Shown piece after piece: positions 33,666-48,584 of a stretch of 64,000 bases of DNA. The number at the start of each line of letters is the position of its first letter. Positions within the stretch are counted from its first letter, which is position 1. The DNA is taken from the NCBI GenBank assembly GCA_002269645.1, contig NIVC01000104.1:496001-560000 (forward strand), in the 5' to 3' direction. The notes beneath the pieces are model-generated. The model was given only the letters and a program-made list of their open reading frames with translations, did not search any database and was not told where the DNA came from. The translations under genes and the position numbers were made by a program. Origin of the DNA: Macrostomum lignano (lineage: Eukaryota).

Positions 33666-34918
33666 CAGGTTCTCGATTTGATTCACCTAACGCTTTTATA
33701 GCTTAATAGCTTTAGATACGAAAATTGTAGTGTTAGCCTAGCTTTTATTTTGCTTTGGGAAAAGAAGATCGCAGAAGGTTGAAATGTGCCAACCTAGAAA
33801 CTATATATTATTGACCTTGACTGGCCTGTAACAGATAGGATCAAGAAATAGTTACCATAAAGCTGGGGTTAGCAGCACTGAAATCCCGCTGAATTGGCGC
33901 TCCCTTTGCTGATTATCAAGCATCTGTAGGTCCATTCTGCATGCAGTTTCACTCCTATATCTTTCTCCCCATGCCCCTCCTCTCTGCAGCCTCTCAGCAT
34001 ATCGAAATTCACTCGCGCCAAAACCTGCGTTCTGGGTGTGTTTAGTGCGGCGCATCAACCTACTGGAGGCCACGTACATTTTATACAAAATCATTCCGCC
34101 ATATGCATATAAGAAGATCTAATTTGCATATAATACTATATATTGCATGATTCTGATCGATTAGTTAACAGTTGCCGTAAACTGTTAACTAAGCATGTAC
34201 TCGTACGGGTCGTACCGGTGTATTATACGTCTAATATCTATATACGAGTAATATTCTAATCTGACTGCTGGTAACTGGTAGATTCAGTAAGTCCATGCAT
34301 CGCACTGCACTTCATCCCTAGTTTTATGCACACAGAATATGCAGCGGCATCCGCTAGCAGCCTAACAACCTGCTACATCACTACATGCGGTGTAATAACT
34401 GACAGGCCCTTATATACCCATGTATAAGCAGCAGCGAATATACTAGTATAGTTTATGACTCTGATACAACCTTCGAAATTTGAATATGTATACGCGAGTA
34501 TGCGCGTTATGCACTATCGGACTGAAGGAACAGTATTTTTATGATTACACTGAAATAATTAGGTTGGCTGCTGTTTGCCTTAGTTACGGTTGCTGTAGCT
34601 ATAGCAAATTTGAACGCTTCTTCCACTGGGTGCAACCGTGCAATTTCATCATAAATAATAGTACACATAATTTCTCTACTATTATTGTACACAACTGTCA
34701 TTGCCTATACATGTATTTATTAAGGGTTTTCTTTTGTTAGTCTGAAGTCTAAATTAATTTGTTAGTCGAAGGCTCGAGGGCGCAAAGTAAATAGTGCCCG
34801 GAAAATAGCGTGCTTTATCAGAATCTCATATAGAGCATGTACCATGTATACATAATTCCCATAGACAAATGGTTGAAAAATAAAGCCCGCTAACTTGATT
34901 TACTGCTTGGAATAGCGG

Positions 34919-36218
34919 CATAGGCGAAGGAACAGGGGGGCCAGTGGGGCCATGGCCCCCCACTTTTTAAAATGGGGGGGGCAGTAATGGTATCTGGCCC
35001 CTTCACATTTTAAATGTAAAATGTAGACTTCTTGCTTATTTTTGGTTTTTGCTACTTTGCATGAATGCATTTTGCTGCAGGGTGACAAAACATGGTGCCT
35101 GCGGTGCTAAAATGAGTGCCTGCGGCGCTAAAATGAGTGCCTGCGGCTCTAAAATGAGTGCCTGCAGCGCTAAAATGAGTGCCTGCGGCGCTAAGATGAG
35201 CGCTTGCGGCGCCAAAATGAGTGTCTTCAGCGCTAAATAAAATGAGTGCCTGCGGTGCTAAAATGAGTGCCTGCGGCTCTAAAATGAGTGCCTGCGGCTC
35301 TAAAATGAGTGCCTGCAGCGCTAAAATGAGTGCCTGCGGCGCTAAGATGAGTGCCTGCAGCGCTAAATAAAATGAGTGCCTGCGGTGCTAAAATGAGTGC
35401 CTGCGGCGCTAAAATGAGTGCCTGCGGTGCTAAAATGAGTGCCTGCGGCGCTAAAATGAGTGCCTGCGGTGCTAAAATGAGTGCCTGCGGCGCTAAAATG
35501 AGTGCCTGCGGCTCTAAAATGAGTGCCTGCGGCTCTAAAATGAGTGCCTGCGGCTCTAAAATGAGCGCCTGCAGCGCTAAAATGAGTGCCTGCAGCGCTA
35601 AAATGAGTGCCTGCAGCGCTAAAATGAGTGCCTGCGGTGCTAAAATGAGTGCCTGCGGCGCTAAAATGAGTGCCTGCGGCTCTAAAATGAGTGCCTGCGG
35701 CTCTAAAATGAGTGTCTGCAGCGCTAAAATGAGTGCCTGCGGCGCCAAAATGAGTGTCTGCAGCGCTAAAATGAGTGCCTGCGGCGCTAAGATGAGCGCT
35801 TGCGGCGCCAAAATGAGTGTCTGCAGCGCTAAATAAAATGAGTGCCTGCGGCGCTAAAATGAGTGCCTGCGGCTCTAAAATGAGTGCCTGCAGCGCTAAA
35901 ATGAGTGCCTGCGGCGCTAAGATGAGTGCCTGCGGCGCTAAGATGAGTGCCTGCGGCGCTATATAAAATGAGTGCCTGCGGCGCTAAAATGAGTGCCTGC
36001 AGCGCTAAATAAAATGAGTGCCTGCGGCGCTAAAATGAGTGCCTGCAGCGCTTTATAAAATGAGTGTTGACAAGATGGATTCTGAAAATAATCGGTACAT
36101 GATAATGTGCATTTTCCATATAAAAAAATATAACTCGACGGGGGTTAGCGCCCCCCCCCCCCTCCTAAATCCGTCACTGAACCTGGCCCCCACTTTTTGA
36201 AACGTTCCTACGCCTATG
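34919..36218. mobile_element. Non-autonomous hAT-type element (MITE) swollen by an internal minisatellite
   Basis: 15-bp TIRs CATAGGCG(A/T)AGGAAC at 34919-34933 and 36204-36218; perfect 8-bp TSD AATAGCGG at 34911-34918 and 36219-36226; subterminal TGGCCCCCACTTTTT at both ends. Confidence 0.85.
35088..36052. repeat. Minisatellite, 21-bp unit AAAATGAGTGCCTGCGGCGCT, inside the hAT MITE
   Basis: Directly visible tandem array. Confidence 0.95.
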
Positions 36219-36930
36219 AATAGCGGGCAATATAAGGCTCGCACCATGCTCTATTACAAAGGAATTCATAAGTAGCTATATATTAAGCAAATAAATTTTT
36301 GATAGCTAGCCAGCTTAGTCCGTTAGTTAGTGAGTTACAGTACAGTGTAGTTAGCTGTATTACTCGTATGATAGACTTGCTATTAACAGTCTGTTAAGCT
36401 AGTTATTTTTACGCATATAGCAGCTTCTGCCTTCTCGTACTTTAAAGATTTGTCTATTTTGTTTCTTTAACCCGAGTTTTCCTAAAAGTGTTTCATTATA
36501 GAGGCGTTCTATTATAGTAATTACTCTACATATTATGAGAGTAATAATAGTCTGATTCTTTCCCTCTCAGCCCCTTACCCCTTGACCCACAATGTACATC
36601 AATTCCGCCTTTATCTATCCACCTCTCTCTCACACCCTTAACCCAACCCCAGGCGTCCTTATAAATGTACATTATAGGGACCGTTAACTTCTACCAGACT
36701 GTTCAGTTTGAATTGATTTTAACTTAAACCAGACAGCCCGATCCTCTCTCCCGAAAATTTTAATCTAAATTGGCTAGCCTTCTCTTCCTTTCGGGTCCGT
36801 CGTAATTTTAACGCCTCTCTAGTCCATCCGATTGTTTATCACCGGACTACGAGCCGCCGCTTATTTAATCGACCCCTCGCTATCCAAAACAAAACAGGCA
36901 GTTCTCGCTCGCTCCTGTCCTGTGGAATAA

Positions 36931-37413
<483 letters not shown>

Positions 37414-38477
37414 TGAAAGTTGCAAAAGAAAAAAGGCGCGGCACTTGTAGCAGAAGCAGATCATTTCGCAAGCAGAAAATTTCACGCTTCGCCAAGTTTC
37501 TTCAACTCGAATTTCTCGAACCAACTCGCCGTTCATATGTGCTCTGATTGATCACGCCGCCCCGACGGAATTCTGGGGGTTTGGGGATTTTTTCTGAGTT
37601 TGTTTCCCACCCGAGATCCAAGTTTGCCCAAGGGGTCAGTTGGTTGGGGCACGCAAGCACAAGCTGCCAAGTGGAACAGACTTAAGGATTTTTCGAGTTT
37701 TTTTCCAAACTAAAACTTCGAAGGCGCGGGTAGTTGGCGAGAGAAAGTCGTGAGTTAGTGGGGGAAGCCTTGGGTCGAATATAAAACCAGTTGTGTAGAA
37801 GGAAGCTGAGATCGGAATTGAACATCGAAACTCACTTGAGACTTATAAAAGTCAAGTATATCATCGCAAAGCCGATTTTTAGCCTAATCTATATACTGAT
37901 GAGTGAGTTCTCTACTGCTCAAGGCATAGATTGAGACTGCTCTAGACCGCCGGGTTTTAAAGTTTACAGCCACGCATAATATTGACTGATTCCACCTGGT
38001 TAAAGTGGCTGAGCATTCCCCGCGGGTTTGGGATCTCTACGAACTTATATTCAATATCTATAGGATAGGAAGGGGAAGGGCTTTGATGAAGGACATCGTT
38101 CGAAGGAATCCCGAACCAAGTGTGCCGCTTCACTGTAAAAAATCAATGAGACCTTGGCGATGCTGTGTCTGCGTGTTTTTTCTTCTCTCTTCTCTCCTCT
38201 CTTGGTCTTCACTCTTCACATGGGAAAGTTCGTTTCTCCCAATGCTTAGTTGATCGAACTGGAGTTGGCGTTGTTGTTGCTGTGCTCTGTGCAATCTCGG
38301 CTCAGTTTATTATATGGTGAGTCCATTTTTTCTTCGATTCAGACTTGCTCGAGTGCCACTTCACTTGTCTAGAGCATTGTACAGCTTGTGTGTGTCACTG
38401 CCCGCTTGTTGTGACAGCCATCTGCTGTTGTGCTTATCGGAAATTCTGTGTCTCTAAGATGCTTAAAACTCCATATT

Positions 38478-41060
38478 CCATCTCACCTTCCATCTCATCT
38501 TCCATCACCTATCTCATCTCCTCTCTCCTATCTTATTTTCCATCTTATCTCCCATCTTATCTCCTATCTCCCATCTCCCATCTCATTTCCCATTTCCCAT
38601 CTCATTTTCTATCTCACATATCGTCTCCCGTCACCCGTCTTATCTTCATCCAATCTTCTATCTCATCTTCCACCCCATCTTCCATCTCATCTCATCCTCC
38701 ATCTCTTAACTCAGCAATTCAATTTAATCTAATCTTCAATCTCCCATCTCATCTTCCATCTCTCATCTTATCTCCCATCTCCGATCCTATTTTCCATCTC
38801 CCAGCTCCCTTCTCAGGCTCTCACCCTGTCCCCATTTAAAGAACGATTCGTTCTTTTTTATTTAATAGGCTAACGAGCCTACATGCGTGTATCAGAAAGT
38901 CCAAAAATATTGGCAACCGATTCCAGTATTAGCAAAAATTGTTTCAATTGGAATTAGGATTTGGAAAACCTGACTGACTGGGGCCTGACCGGCTGACCCC
39001 CCCCCCATCATCGCACGCCAAAGCATAATGCGGAATTCTCATAGGCAAACCCAACGTTACCGATGTTTGACGTAGTGGAGGAGAATAAGGATAGAGAGAG
39101 AGAGAGAGAAACTGAAGAAGAAGACGGAGCGAGGCGTGGAAGCTGTAGAGAACCTCGGAATTGGCTTGGGCATTCGCCTCATCCCAGGCCATGCATATTT
39201 GATGGCCCAGCTCTCTCTCTCTCTGCTCTTGCCCGGCGACCCCTTCACCCCAGCTCCTCTTTTTTAGGCTGGTCTTTTCTCCAAATTACCGAGCACCCGT
39301 CGCCATCTCTTTTGCCTCCTCTCCTTTCTATTCATATGCCTGCAGCCGCTGGGCGGTGCTTTCGGGTTTCGATTATGGGGGAGCTACACAGATGGAGGCG
39401 GAGTGATGTATTTCGATGCATAGAGCCAATTACCACACAGAATTGAAATTCAACAACTTTCATGGTTTGCCTGACGCTGAAGGAGATACACAGAGATAAT
39501 CAAACGCATTGCTCCAGGCCTTGTTCACCTCGTGATGGGCGTGATGCTCTATTAGCATTTTTATTTATAGCTCGTAATTAACTTCAAGTCTCTGTAGCTG
39601 TTGCACTCTCTCGTTTAATTCTTAATCTTGTCCTTCACTGTTCCCTTCTCACTTTTCCGTCATCCCACTCTCCCGTCTCTCCTCTTACCTTCTTCCCTCT
39701 CCCATCATATCTTGTTTCCCTTCTTCCCTCTCCCATCTCCCCTCCTCTCCCATCTCTCTCGCATCCCCCTCCCATCTCTCTCCCATCTCATATCTTGTTT
39801 CCCTTCTTCCCTCTCCCATCTCATATCTTGTTTCCCTTCTTCCCTCTCCCATCTCCTATCTTGTTTCCCTTCCTCCCTCTCCCATCTCCCCTCTCCCATC
39901 TCTCTCGCATCCCCCTCCCATCTCTCTCCCATCTCATATCTTGTTTCCCTTCTTCCCTCTCCCATCTCATATCTTGTTTCCCTTCTTCCCTCTGCCATCT
40001 CCCCTCTCCCATCTCTCTCGCATCCCCCTCCCATCTCTCTCCCATCTCATATCTTGTTTCCCTTCTTCCCTCTCCCATCTCATATCTTGTTTCCCTTCTT
40101 CCCTCTGCCATCTCCCCTCTCCCATCTCTCTCGCATCCCCCTCCCATCTCTCTCCCATCTCCTATCTTGTTTCCCTTCTTCCCTCTCCCATCTCCTCTCT
40201 CCGATCCCTTCTCTCCCATCTCTCTCGCATCCCCCCTCCCATCTCTCTCCCATCTCATATCTTGTTTCCCTTCTTCCCTCTCCCATCTCATATCTTGTTT
40301 CCCTTCTTCCCTCTCCCATCTCATCTTGTTTCCCTTCTTCCCTCTGCCATCTCCCCTCTCCCATCTCTCTCGCATCCCCCTCCCATCTCTCTCCCATCTC
40401 ATATCTTGTTTCCCTTCTTCCCTCTCCCATCTCATATCTTGTTTCCCTTCTTCCCTCTCCCATCTCGCTCCCTTCTCCCATCTCCCATCTCCTATTTCTC
40501 TCCCTTCTCCCATCTCCCCTCTCCCATTTCTCTCCCTTCTCCCATCTCCCTTCTCCCATCTCATATCTTGTTTCCCTTCTCCCATCTCCCCTCTCCCATC
40601 TCATATCTTGTTTCCCTCCTCCCCTCTCCCATCTCATATCTTGTTTCCCTTCTCCCCTATCCCATCTCGCTCCCTTCTCCCATCTCCCCTCTCCTATTTC
40701 TCTCCCTTCTCCCATCTCCCTTCTCCCATCTCATATTTTGTTTCCCTTCTCCCCTCTCCCCTCTCCCATCTCGCTCCCATCTCCCATCTCTCCTCTCTCA
40801 TCTCCCATCTCTCTTCTCTCATCTCCTATCTCCCCTCTCCCATCTCGCTCCCATCTCCCATCTCCCCTCTCCCATCTCTCTCCCTTCTCCCATCTCTCTC
40901 CCATCTCTCGTGTCTCCCATTTCCCCTCCCATCTCCTCTCCCTTTTCTCCCATCTCCCCCCTCTTTTATCTCCCCACTCTCCTATCTACCGTCTCCTATC
41001 TCCCACTCCCATCTCCTCACTCTCACATCTCCCCCCCGTCTCCCCTCTCCCATTTCTGGC
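38478..41060. repeat. Two pyrimidine-rich (CATCT/CTCCC) low-complexity arrays, 38478-38835 and 39640-41060
   Basis: Directly visible; source of the S/P/L/H-rich pseudo-ORFs. Confidence 0.9.
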
Positions 41061-42099
41061 TCTTGTCTCAGATGTGAGATACCTCAGCTCTATTATCCAG
41101 TTCACTAGTCTTCCAAATACTAATCTCCCCTCCAGTCAATATTCTCTCTATGTTTTACATTTAGTAGTCTACATTTTTTCTCCTACATCTTACTTTATTT
41201 CTGGCCTAAATGCACTAAACCGAATCAAAATGCACGCGACATTGTAATCAGAAACTGGAAGGTCACTTTTGTTTAGTTTATCTCAAGTTATGATTATTAA
41301 TAAATCACCTTAGATTTGATTAGTATAGTAAAATTGAAGGAACTGTAGTGTTCTGTTCTGTTTGAGCATCTTAGAGATTCCAGTGTGGTTCCTGCCGGAA
41401 TCCGAGGAAAATTGAGGCCAAGGGTTATAATAAAGAAAAGTGAGTAGTAGGCTGTGTGGTAGCAGCGGGTCTGAGGTTTTGCGAATAGAAAGGGAAATTG
41501 AGCACAGCGTCTCCCGTATGCTTAACCTGCATCAAGAGAGAGAGAAACAGTCTGAGCCCTATGGTGTACAGCAATTCTTGGCTAACATGTCTGGCATTGT
41601 AGAAAATGGACAAGAAAATGAAGAGCTGCGGAAATGACATAGAGAGGGAGGGAGACTTTGCTTGAAGTAGAGCATATAGCATTAGGCTTTTTTCTTGCTT
41701 AACTGCTGCTTCTTGGCTTAAGCTTCCGCAGCCTTGGTTTCCTCTCCTCTCAACGTCTTCTCGGCTCAGATTCCCTCAGATTTTTCTATTCCCTATACAG
41801 CTCTTCAGCTGGTGAAAGTGAAGTGTAAAAAAGTTCTAATTTACTGATTTCAACTAAATTTACTTAATTCACAGTCAGTAATTTGGCATGCTAGGGGAGA
41901 TAGATACGATTAATAAAGAGAAGATGAAGATGAATAAAAATCGTAAGCTGCGCCGTCCCCCTCCGGAGAGTCCACAAGGTGGATGGTCGCTCGCCCGGTA
42001 GGCAGAGATTCTTGGGCATTCTTAACACCGAAGAGGCAGAATGGGCATTCCTCAATGCGGATTTTCCCTGGAGGAAAATAGGGAATTTTATTTAGAAAT

Positions 42100-42482
42100 A
42101 TAGTTTGTTTGTAGTTTAATTTAGTTAGTTTTTTATTAGAGGCAGGATGCTGCGCGCACCCTGGCGCACTTTAAGCGACATTGTCACACAACCGGCGAGA
42201 GGCATTACTGCCCATTCCGCCGACTCCCCTGAGCAGGCACAGAAGCGCGCGGATACGTACTACGCAGTCATACTCGTACGCACAGGCACACACTCACACA
42301 GGAGTGCACAGCGGCCCTAACTTTATTTATCGTTAGGCATGTACACTTACTACACTGTGCCTTGGGGGTTGGTCTTCAAGGCTGTTAATTGCACGAGCAG
42401 AGCCAAGCCGATATTCCAATTCAGCCCGAAATTAATGTGACTCATGCACTTGGAATCGAGCCTGGGCCGCTCTGAGCTACAC
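42100..42482 (-). mobile_element. tRNA-like SINE, copy 2, with A-rich/(CTAA)n tail (in ELAV intron 1)
   Basis: Minus strand reads GTAGCTCAG...GGCTCGATTCC...shared body...GCATCCTGCCTCTAATAAAAAACTAACTAAAC. Confidence 0.75.
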
Positions 42483-43104
42483 TTGCCCGATGGTAAGATT
42501 GAGAAAGCCACGGAGTTCAAAGGGAAATCTTGACGCCCGGCCAAAAAGATGTGTTAAACAATTTCAGTTTAGCTTTGACTTGTCTACTGTGTTCGTCAGC
42601 TATAAGAATAGTATAAAGGAAGACCAAAGCGCTAAGGAGATGCCGTTTGTTAAATTTTTGTCAGAGAGGGACAGATAGACAGACAGAGCGATTAGCAGTC
42701 CTATTGACGTCGCAGCTGTTTAGGATGGTCCAGGCTTGAAAGCTGTTTGCGGGGGCCTCTACTGGCTGACTGGAAATGACTGTGTGCAGCAATGCAGCTT
42801 AGAATCGGCTTTTTAGTGTGGTTCTTCATCTTTGCACGGCTTTGGCTTTTCAGTCAATTTTTTTAGTAATCATTTACGAGACTTACGAGAAGTTTCTCAC
42901 TGCTAGGAGGTGACGGCTCTTTCTTCTGTCCAGCACCGGGGCAAGTGCACAAGTTTTAGTTAAAGTCGAAGTTTTCATAAAAAAGTAATGATTAGGGATT
43001 TTTCATTTTTTTGTGGTTACCCTTTGCTGCAAGTAACTGCTTTCACTCTAAATCTCCTCTTGTGTTTCTTCGTTTGCTTCTCTTTCTCTTATTTTAGCTT
43101 TCAC

Positions 43105-43985
43105 TAACCTCTGTTTTTGCCTTCCTCTATCTACATCTTCATCTCCCTCTCTATCTCCATCTCCGTCTCCATCTCCCTCTCTATCTCCATCTCCATCTTC
43201 ATCTCCCTCTCTATCTCCATCTCCATCTTCATCTCCCTCTCTATCTCCATCTCCGTCTCCATCTCCCTCTCTATCTCCATCTCCATCTTCATCTCCCTCT
43301 CTATCTCCATCTACATCTTCATCTCCCTCTCTATCTCCATCTCCATCTTCATCTCCCTCTCTATCACCATCTCCATCTTCATCTCCCTCTCTATCTCCAT
43401 CTACATCTTCATCTCCCTCTCTATCTCCATCTCCATCTTCATCTCCCTCTATTTTCGTCTCTCTAGCTTCATCACCCTCTATCTCCATCTTCGTCTTCAT
43501 CTCCCTCTATTTTCATCTCTCTAGCTTCATCTCCCTCTATCTCCATCTCCATCTTCATCTCCCTCTATTTTCATCTCTCTAGTTTCATCACCCTCTATCT
43601 CCATCTCTGTCTTCATCTCCGTCTATTTTCATCTCTCTAGTTTCATCACCCTCTATCTCCATCTCCATCTTCATCTCCCTCTATTTTCATCTCTCTAGTT
43701 TCATCACCCTCTATCTCCATCTTCGTCTTCATCTCCCTCTATTTTCATCTCTCTAGTTTCATCACCCTCTATCTCCATCTCCATCTTCATCTCCCTCTCT
43801 ATCTCCATCTCCCTACTTCATCTCCCTCTCTGGCTCTCTATCTCCATCTCCCTCTCTATCTCCATCTCCATCTCCATCTCCCTAGATTCATCTCCCTCTA
43901 TCTTCATCTCTAGCTTCATCACCCTCTATCTCCATCTCCCTACTTCATCTCCCTCTCTATCTCCATCTCCCTCTTTACTTCCATT
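43105..43985. repeat. CT-rich minisatellite, approximately 30-bp unit ATCTCCCTCTCTATCTCCATCTCCATCTTC
   Basis: Directly visible. Confidence 0.9.
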
Positions 43986-44739
43986 TCCCTTATTCTTCCC
44001 TTTAAAAACAATATCGAAGTGGCCGGTGTTTAAATTTTTTTTAAAGTATTAGTCAGTATTCTCATCTCTTTATATAGTTCGTAAATAGTGCAGCTTGTAA
44101 ATAAATGAGAGAAAGAGACTTCGAACTCAGAATAAGAGCAAGGGGGTGAGACTGGACTCTGAGAGAGAAAAATTCGATTGTGCCACTTGTCGATCCAGAA
44201 TCCAGTCGCGAAGCTCATCTGGCTTTGAAGCACCCGTCTCACGTTGGGGCAGTTTGTTGGCCTCACTTCACTCCGGCATGTGTTTATTACGACAGCAGCA
44301 ATGATGGAGCCATGCAGCTGTTGAGTATTCATGAAGTTGGTCCTTTCTCAAGCCGGGGGCGCCCGTATTAGATATTCAATTATTGGCTTTTCCATCAGGA
44401 GGGTCCGTGCGCTCTCAACTTCAAATAAGTACGTCAATAAAGTTGCGCGGTTATCCAAGGTGACTCGGACTTACTATATTCAATCCTGTGCAGCTTCTTT
44501 TCATTTGAAAACTTTGCCAAAGTTAATAGACAGTGCGAAACTTTACTTTTTAATTGCCAGTCACAATCGATAGTTAATCATTACTTTCTACTAGCAGGCT
44601 TTGACTCTTTCAAATGGTTTTTGTTTCCTTTGAAGTGTTTCCTTTTTGGTAGCAATAGAGACTGACAGTGAGGCGCTGTGAACATTGGAAAACCGAGGGA
44701 AGCTAGGTGCAGATAGACAGCCGAAACGGGAAACAGGGA

Positions 44740-45972
44740 GACTGAGCAGGAGACACGGAGAGACTGAGCGAGAGACACGGAGAGACTGAGCGGGAGACAC
44801 GGAGAGACTGAGCGAGAGACACGGAGAGACTGAGTGGGAGACACGGAGAGACTGAGCGGGAGACACGGAGAGACTGAGCGAGAGACACGGAGAGACTGAG
44901 CGAGAGACACGGAGAGACTGAGCGATAGACACGGAGAGACTGAGTGGGAGACACGGAGAGACTGGGTGGGAGACACGGAGAGACTGAGTGGGAGACACGG
45001 AGAGACTGAGCGAGAGACACGGAGAGACTGAGCGAGAGACACGGAGAGACTGAGCGATAGACACGGAGAGACTGAGTGGGAGACACGGAGAGACTGGGTG
45101 GGAGACACGGAGAGTCTGAGCGAGAGACACTGAGCGATAGACACGGAGAGACTGAGCGGGAGACACGGAGAGACTGAGCGATAGACACGGAGAGACTGAG
45201 CGAGAGACACGGAGAGACTGAGCGATAGACACGGAGAGACTGAGTGGGAGACACGGAGAGACTGGGTGGGAGACACGGAGAGTCTGAGCGAGAGACACTG
45301 AGCGATAGACACGGAGAGACTGAGCGGGAGACACGGAGAGACTGAGCGATAGACACGGAGAGACTGAGCGAGAGACACGGAGAGACTGAGCGGGAGACAT
45401 GGAGAGACTGAGCGGGAGACACGAAGAGACTGAGCGGGAGACACGGAGAGACTGAGCGGGAGACATGGAGAGACTGAGCGGGAGACACGGAGAGACTGAG
45501 CGGGAGACACGGAGAGACTGAGCGAGAGACACGGAGAGACTGAGCGAGAGACACGGAGAGACTGAGCGAGAGACATGGAGAGACTGAGTGGGAGACACGG
45601 AGAGACTGAGCGAGAGACACGAAGAGACTGGGTGGGAGACACGGAGAGACTGAGTGATAGACACGGAGAGACTGAGCGAGAGACACGGAGAGACTGAGTG
45701 GGAGACACGGAGAGACTAAGCGGGAGACACGGAGAGACTGAGCGAGAGACACGGAGAGACTGAGCGAGAGACACGGAGAGACTGAGCGAGAGACATGGAG
45801 AGACTGAGTGGGAGACACGGAGAGACTGAGCGAGAGACACGAAGAGACTGGGTGGGAGACACGTAGAGACTGAGTGATAGACACGGAGAGACTGAGCGAG
45901 AGACACGGAGAGACTGAGTGGGAGACACGGAGAGACTGAGCGAGAGACACGGAGAGACTGGGCGGGAGACAT
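44740..45972. repeat. Minisatellite, 22-bp unit GAGAGACACGGAGAGACTGAGC
   Basis: Directly visible. Confidence 0.95.
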
Positions 45973-46481
45973 GATGAAAATGGAAATATTAATTCAAACA
46001 GGCAGCAGCCAATGCCACAACGATACGTCTGGATGATGATCTGTTCACACCCCTCTGAATATGCTCCCCGTGTCGACAGGCGAAATCCTCATTACTTTAT
46101 AATAGCTTTCATCGCTTGTCTTCACTATACTGGTAGGGGCATACCTATTCTTCTTCGTGTCGAAATCTTTGACTTGACTAATAGTGCTTACAATTAACAA
46201 GCATCTTTGTAGGCCTGCTCTGTATGTAGTGCTCAATCATACGGCAGCTATGAGCCCAACAACTCCGGATGAGCTTGGAGTATGCTTTGCCTTGCTTAGT
46301 TTTTGCTCTCACTCACTGGCACTGCATGTTTGAGGGGCTACTTAGGCATTCCGGAAATTTGAACGGCTTTTGGTTTCTACTTTTTCGTACGGCATCTACT
46401 GCATCTGTCGCTTTATCTCCCTTCTTGCGTCCAATCATTCTCTGTTATTGTGGTTTCCTATTCCCGATTCTGTTATTGCCT

Positions 46482-46550
46482 CTGTCTGCCTGCCTGACTG
46501 CCTGCCTGTCTGCCTGCCTGTCTGTCTGTCTGTCTGCCTGTCTGTCTGCC

Positions 46551-46595
<45 letters not shown>

Positions 46596-46616
46596 GTCTG
46601 TCTGTCTGTCTGTCTG

Positions 46617-46649
<33 letters not shown>

Positions 46650-46661
46650 GCTGCCTGTCTG

Positions 46662-46709
<48 letters not shown>

Positions 46710-46745
46710 GATTGACTGACTGACTGTCCGTCTGTCTCTCTGTCT
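46482..46745. repeat. (TCTG)n microsatellite
   Basis: Directly visible. Confidence 0.95.
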
Positions 46746-47219
46746 GCCAATTTTTCAGGCTGTCTTTGTACCCAGGTGACCCAAGTGCCGCTGACGTGTC
46801 TGACTGCTACGAGAAGCCATTTGTTAATTTTTATACTATCGGACCGAAAGAATCAGCTTCAAAATCTTGGCCACACAGGCAAAATCAAAAGGAGATTATT
46901 GAATAAAGCTGTCGTTTCCCCTTTTGAATATGATTTAAGCAGTTCCGCTAATCTCTGTTCTTTTTTTCCTAAATCCGTTTTACCTATAGACTGCTTCTTA
47001 GCCGTGCTTTTTCACTTATTTCAAAATCTGTTAAGTATTATACAATACAGAGGAAGTTACTTTTGCAACGATTGGATATAATTGACCAAAATACTCGTAA
47101 CACTTTAATGCGTTGATATTAAATTCTATAAATAAATATATGTAATGGAGATTCTGAATTGTTAGAAATGATCGTAAACCATGACACCTTGACAAACCGG
47201 AATGACCTTAAAGATTAAG

Positions 47220-48000
47220 TACAGATGAACCGGGATGATCTTAAAGATGACAACAGGAGAAACCGAAATGACCTTGAAGATCACACATGGATGATCCATG
47301 TATCTGGGATGATCTTGAAGATCACACATGGATGATCCATGTATCTGGGATGATCTTGAAGATCACACCTGGATGATCAGGGAATCTGGGATGATCTTGA
47401 AGATCACACCTGGATGATCCGGGAATCTGGGATGATCTTGAAGATCACACCTGGATGATCCGGGATGATATTGAAAATGACACCCAGATGAATCATAGTG
47501 ATCATAAAAATGACACCTGGATTAACCATAGTGATCATAAAAAATGACACCTGCATAAACCATAGTGATCATAAAAAATGATACCTCGATGAGCCAGAGT
47601 GATCATAAAAAATGACACCTGGATTAACCATAGTGATCATAAAAATGACACCTGCATGAACCATAGTGATCATAAAAAATGACAGCTCGATGAGCCAGAG
47701 TGATCATAAAAAATGACACCTAGATGAACCATAGTCATCATAAAAAATGACACCTCGATGAGCCAGAGTGATCATAAAAAATGACACCTAGATGAACCAT
47801 AGTGATAATAAAAATGACACCTCGATGAGCCAGAGTGATCATAAAAAAATGACAGCTCGATGAGCCAGAGTGATCATAAAAAATGACACCTAGATGAACC
47901 ATAGTCATCATAAAAAATGACACCTCGATGAGCCAGAGTGATCATAAAACATGACACCTAGATGAACCATAGTGATCATAAAAAATGACACCTAGATGAA
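47220..48000. repeat. Compound minisatellite (about 41-bp GATCTTGAAGATCACAC unit grading into about 35-bp GATCATAAAAAATGACACC unit)
   Basis: Directly visible. Confidence 0.9.
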
Positions 48001-48037
48001 CTGAGAAAGTGACCTTAAAATGGACTCATCTAGATGA

Positions 48038-48217
<180 letters not shown>

Positions 48218-48404
48218 TAACTATAGAAATTTTGTTTTGTTTCTAACTACCAAAAATACAGTTGCAGTTGGTTCTCTTAAGCTTCGATTCTAAAGCCTCT
48301 AGTTCCCCAATTTTTCAAATCCCAAATCCTCTATAATCGTAATCCAGGACTAAAAAATAGCTGAGCTGTTCTGCCTAAGCTCACAGATTCCTAATAAATT
48401 ATAG

Positions 48405-48584
<180 letters not shown>

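Noticed and set aside
38005-38322. Possible alternative first exon of ELAV ending TATATG|GTGAGT at 38316
   Set aside because: The frame matching exon 2 has a stop at 38247-38249 and no ATG after it; the terminal ATG would be out of frame.
44330-44575. Minus-strand SPWIT motif suggesting a decayed CR1/L2 fragment
   Set aside because: A single short motif amid stops; not enough to call.
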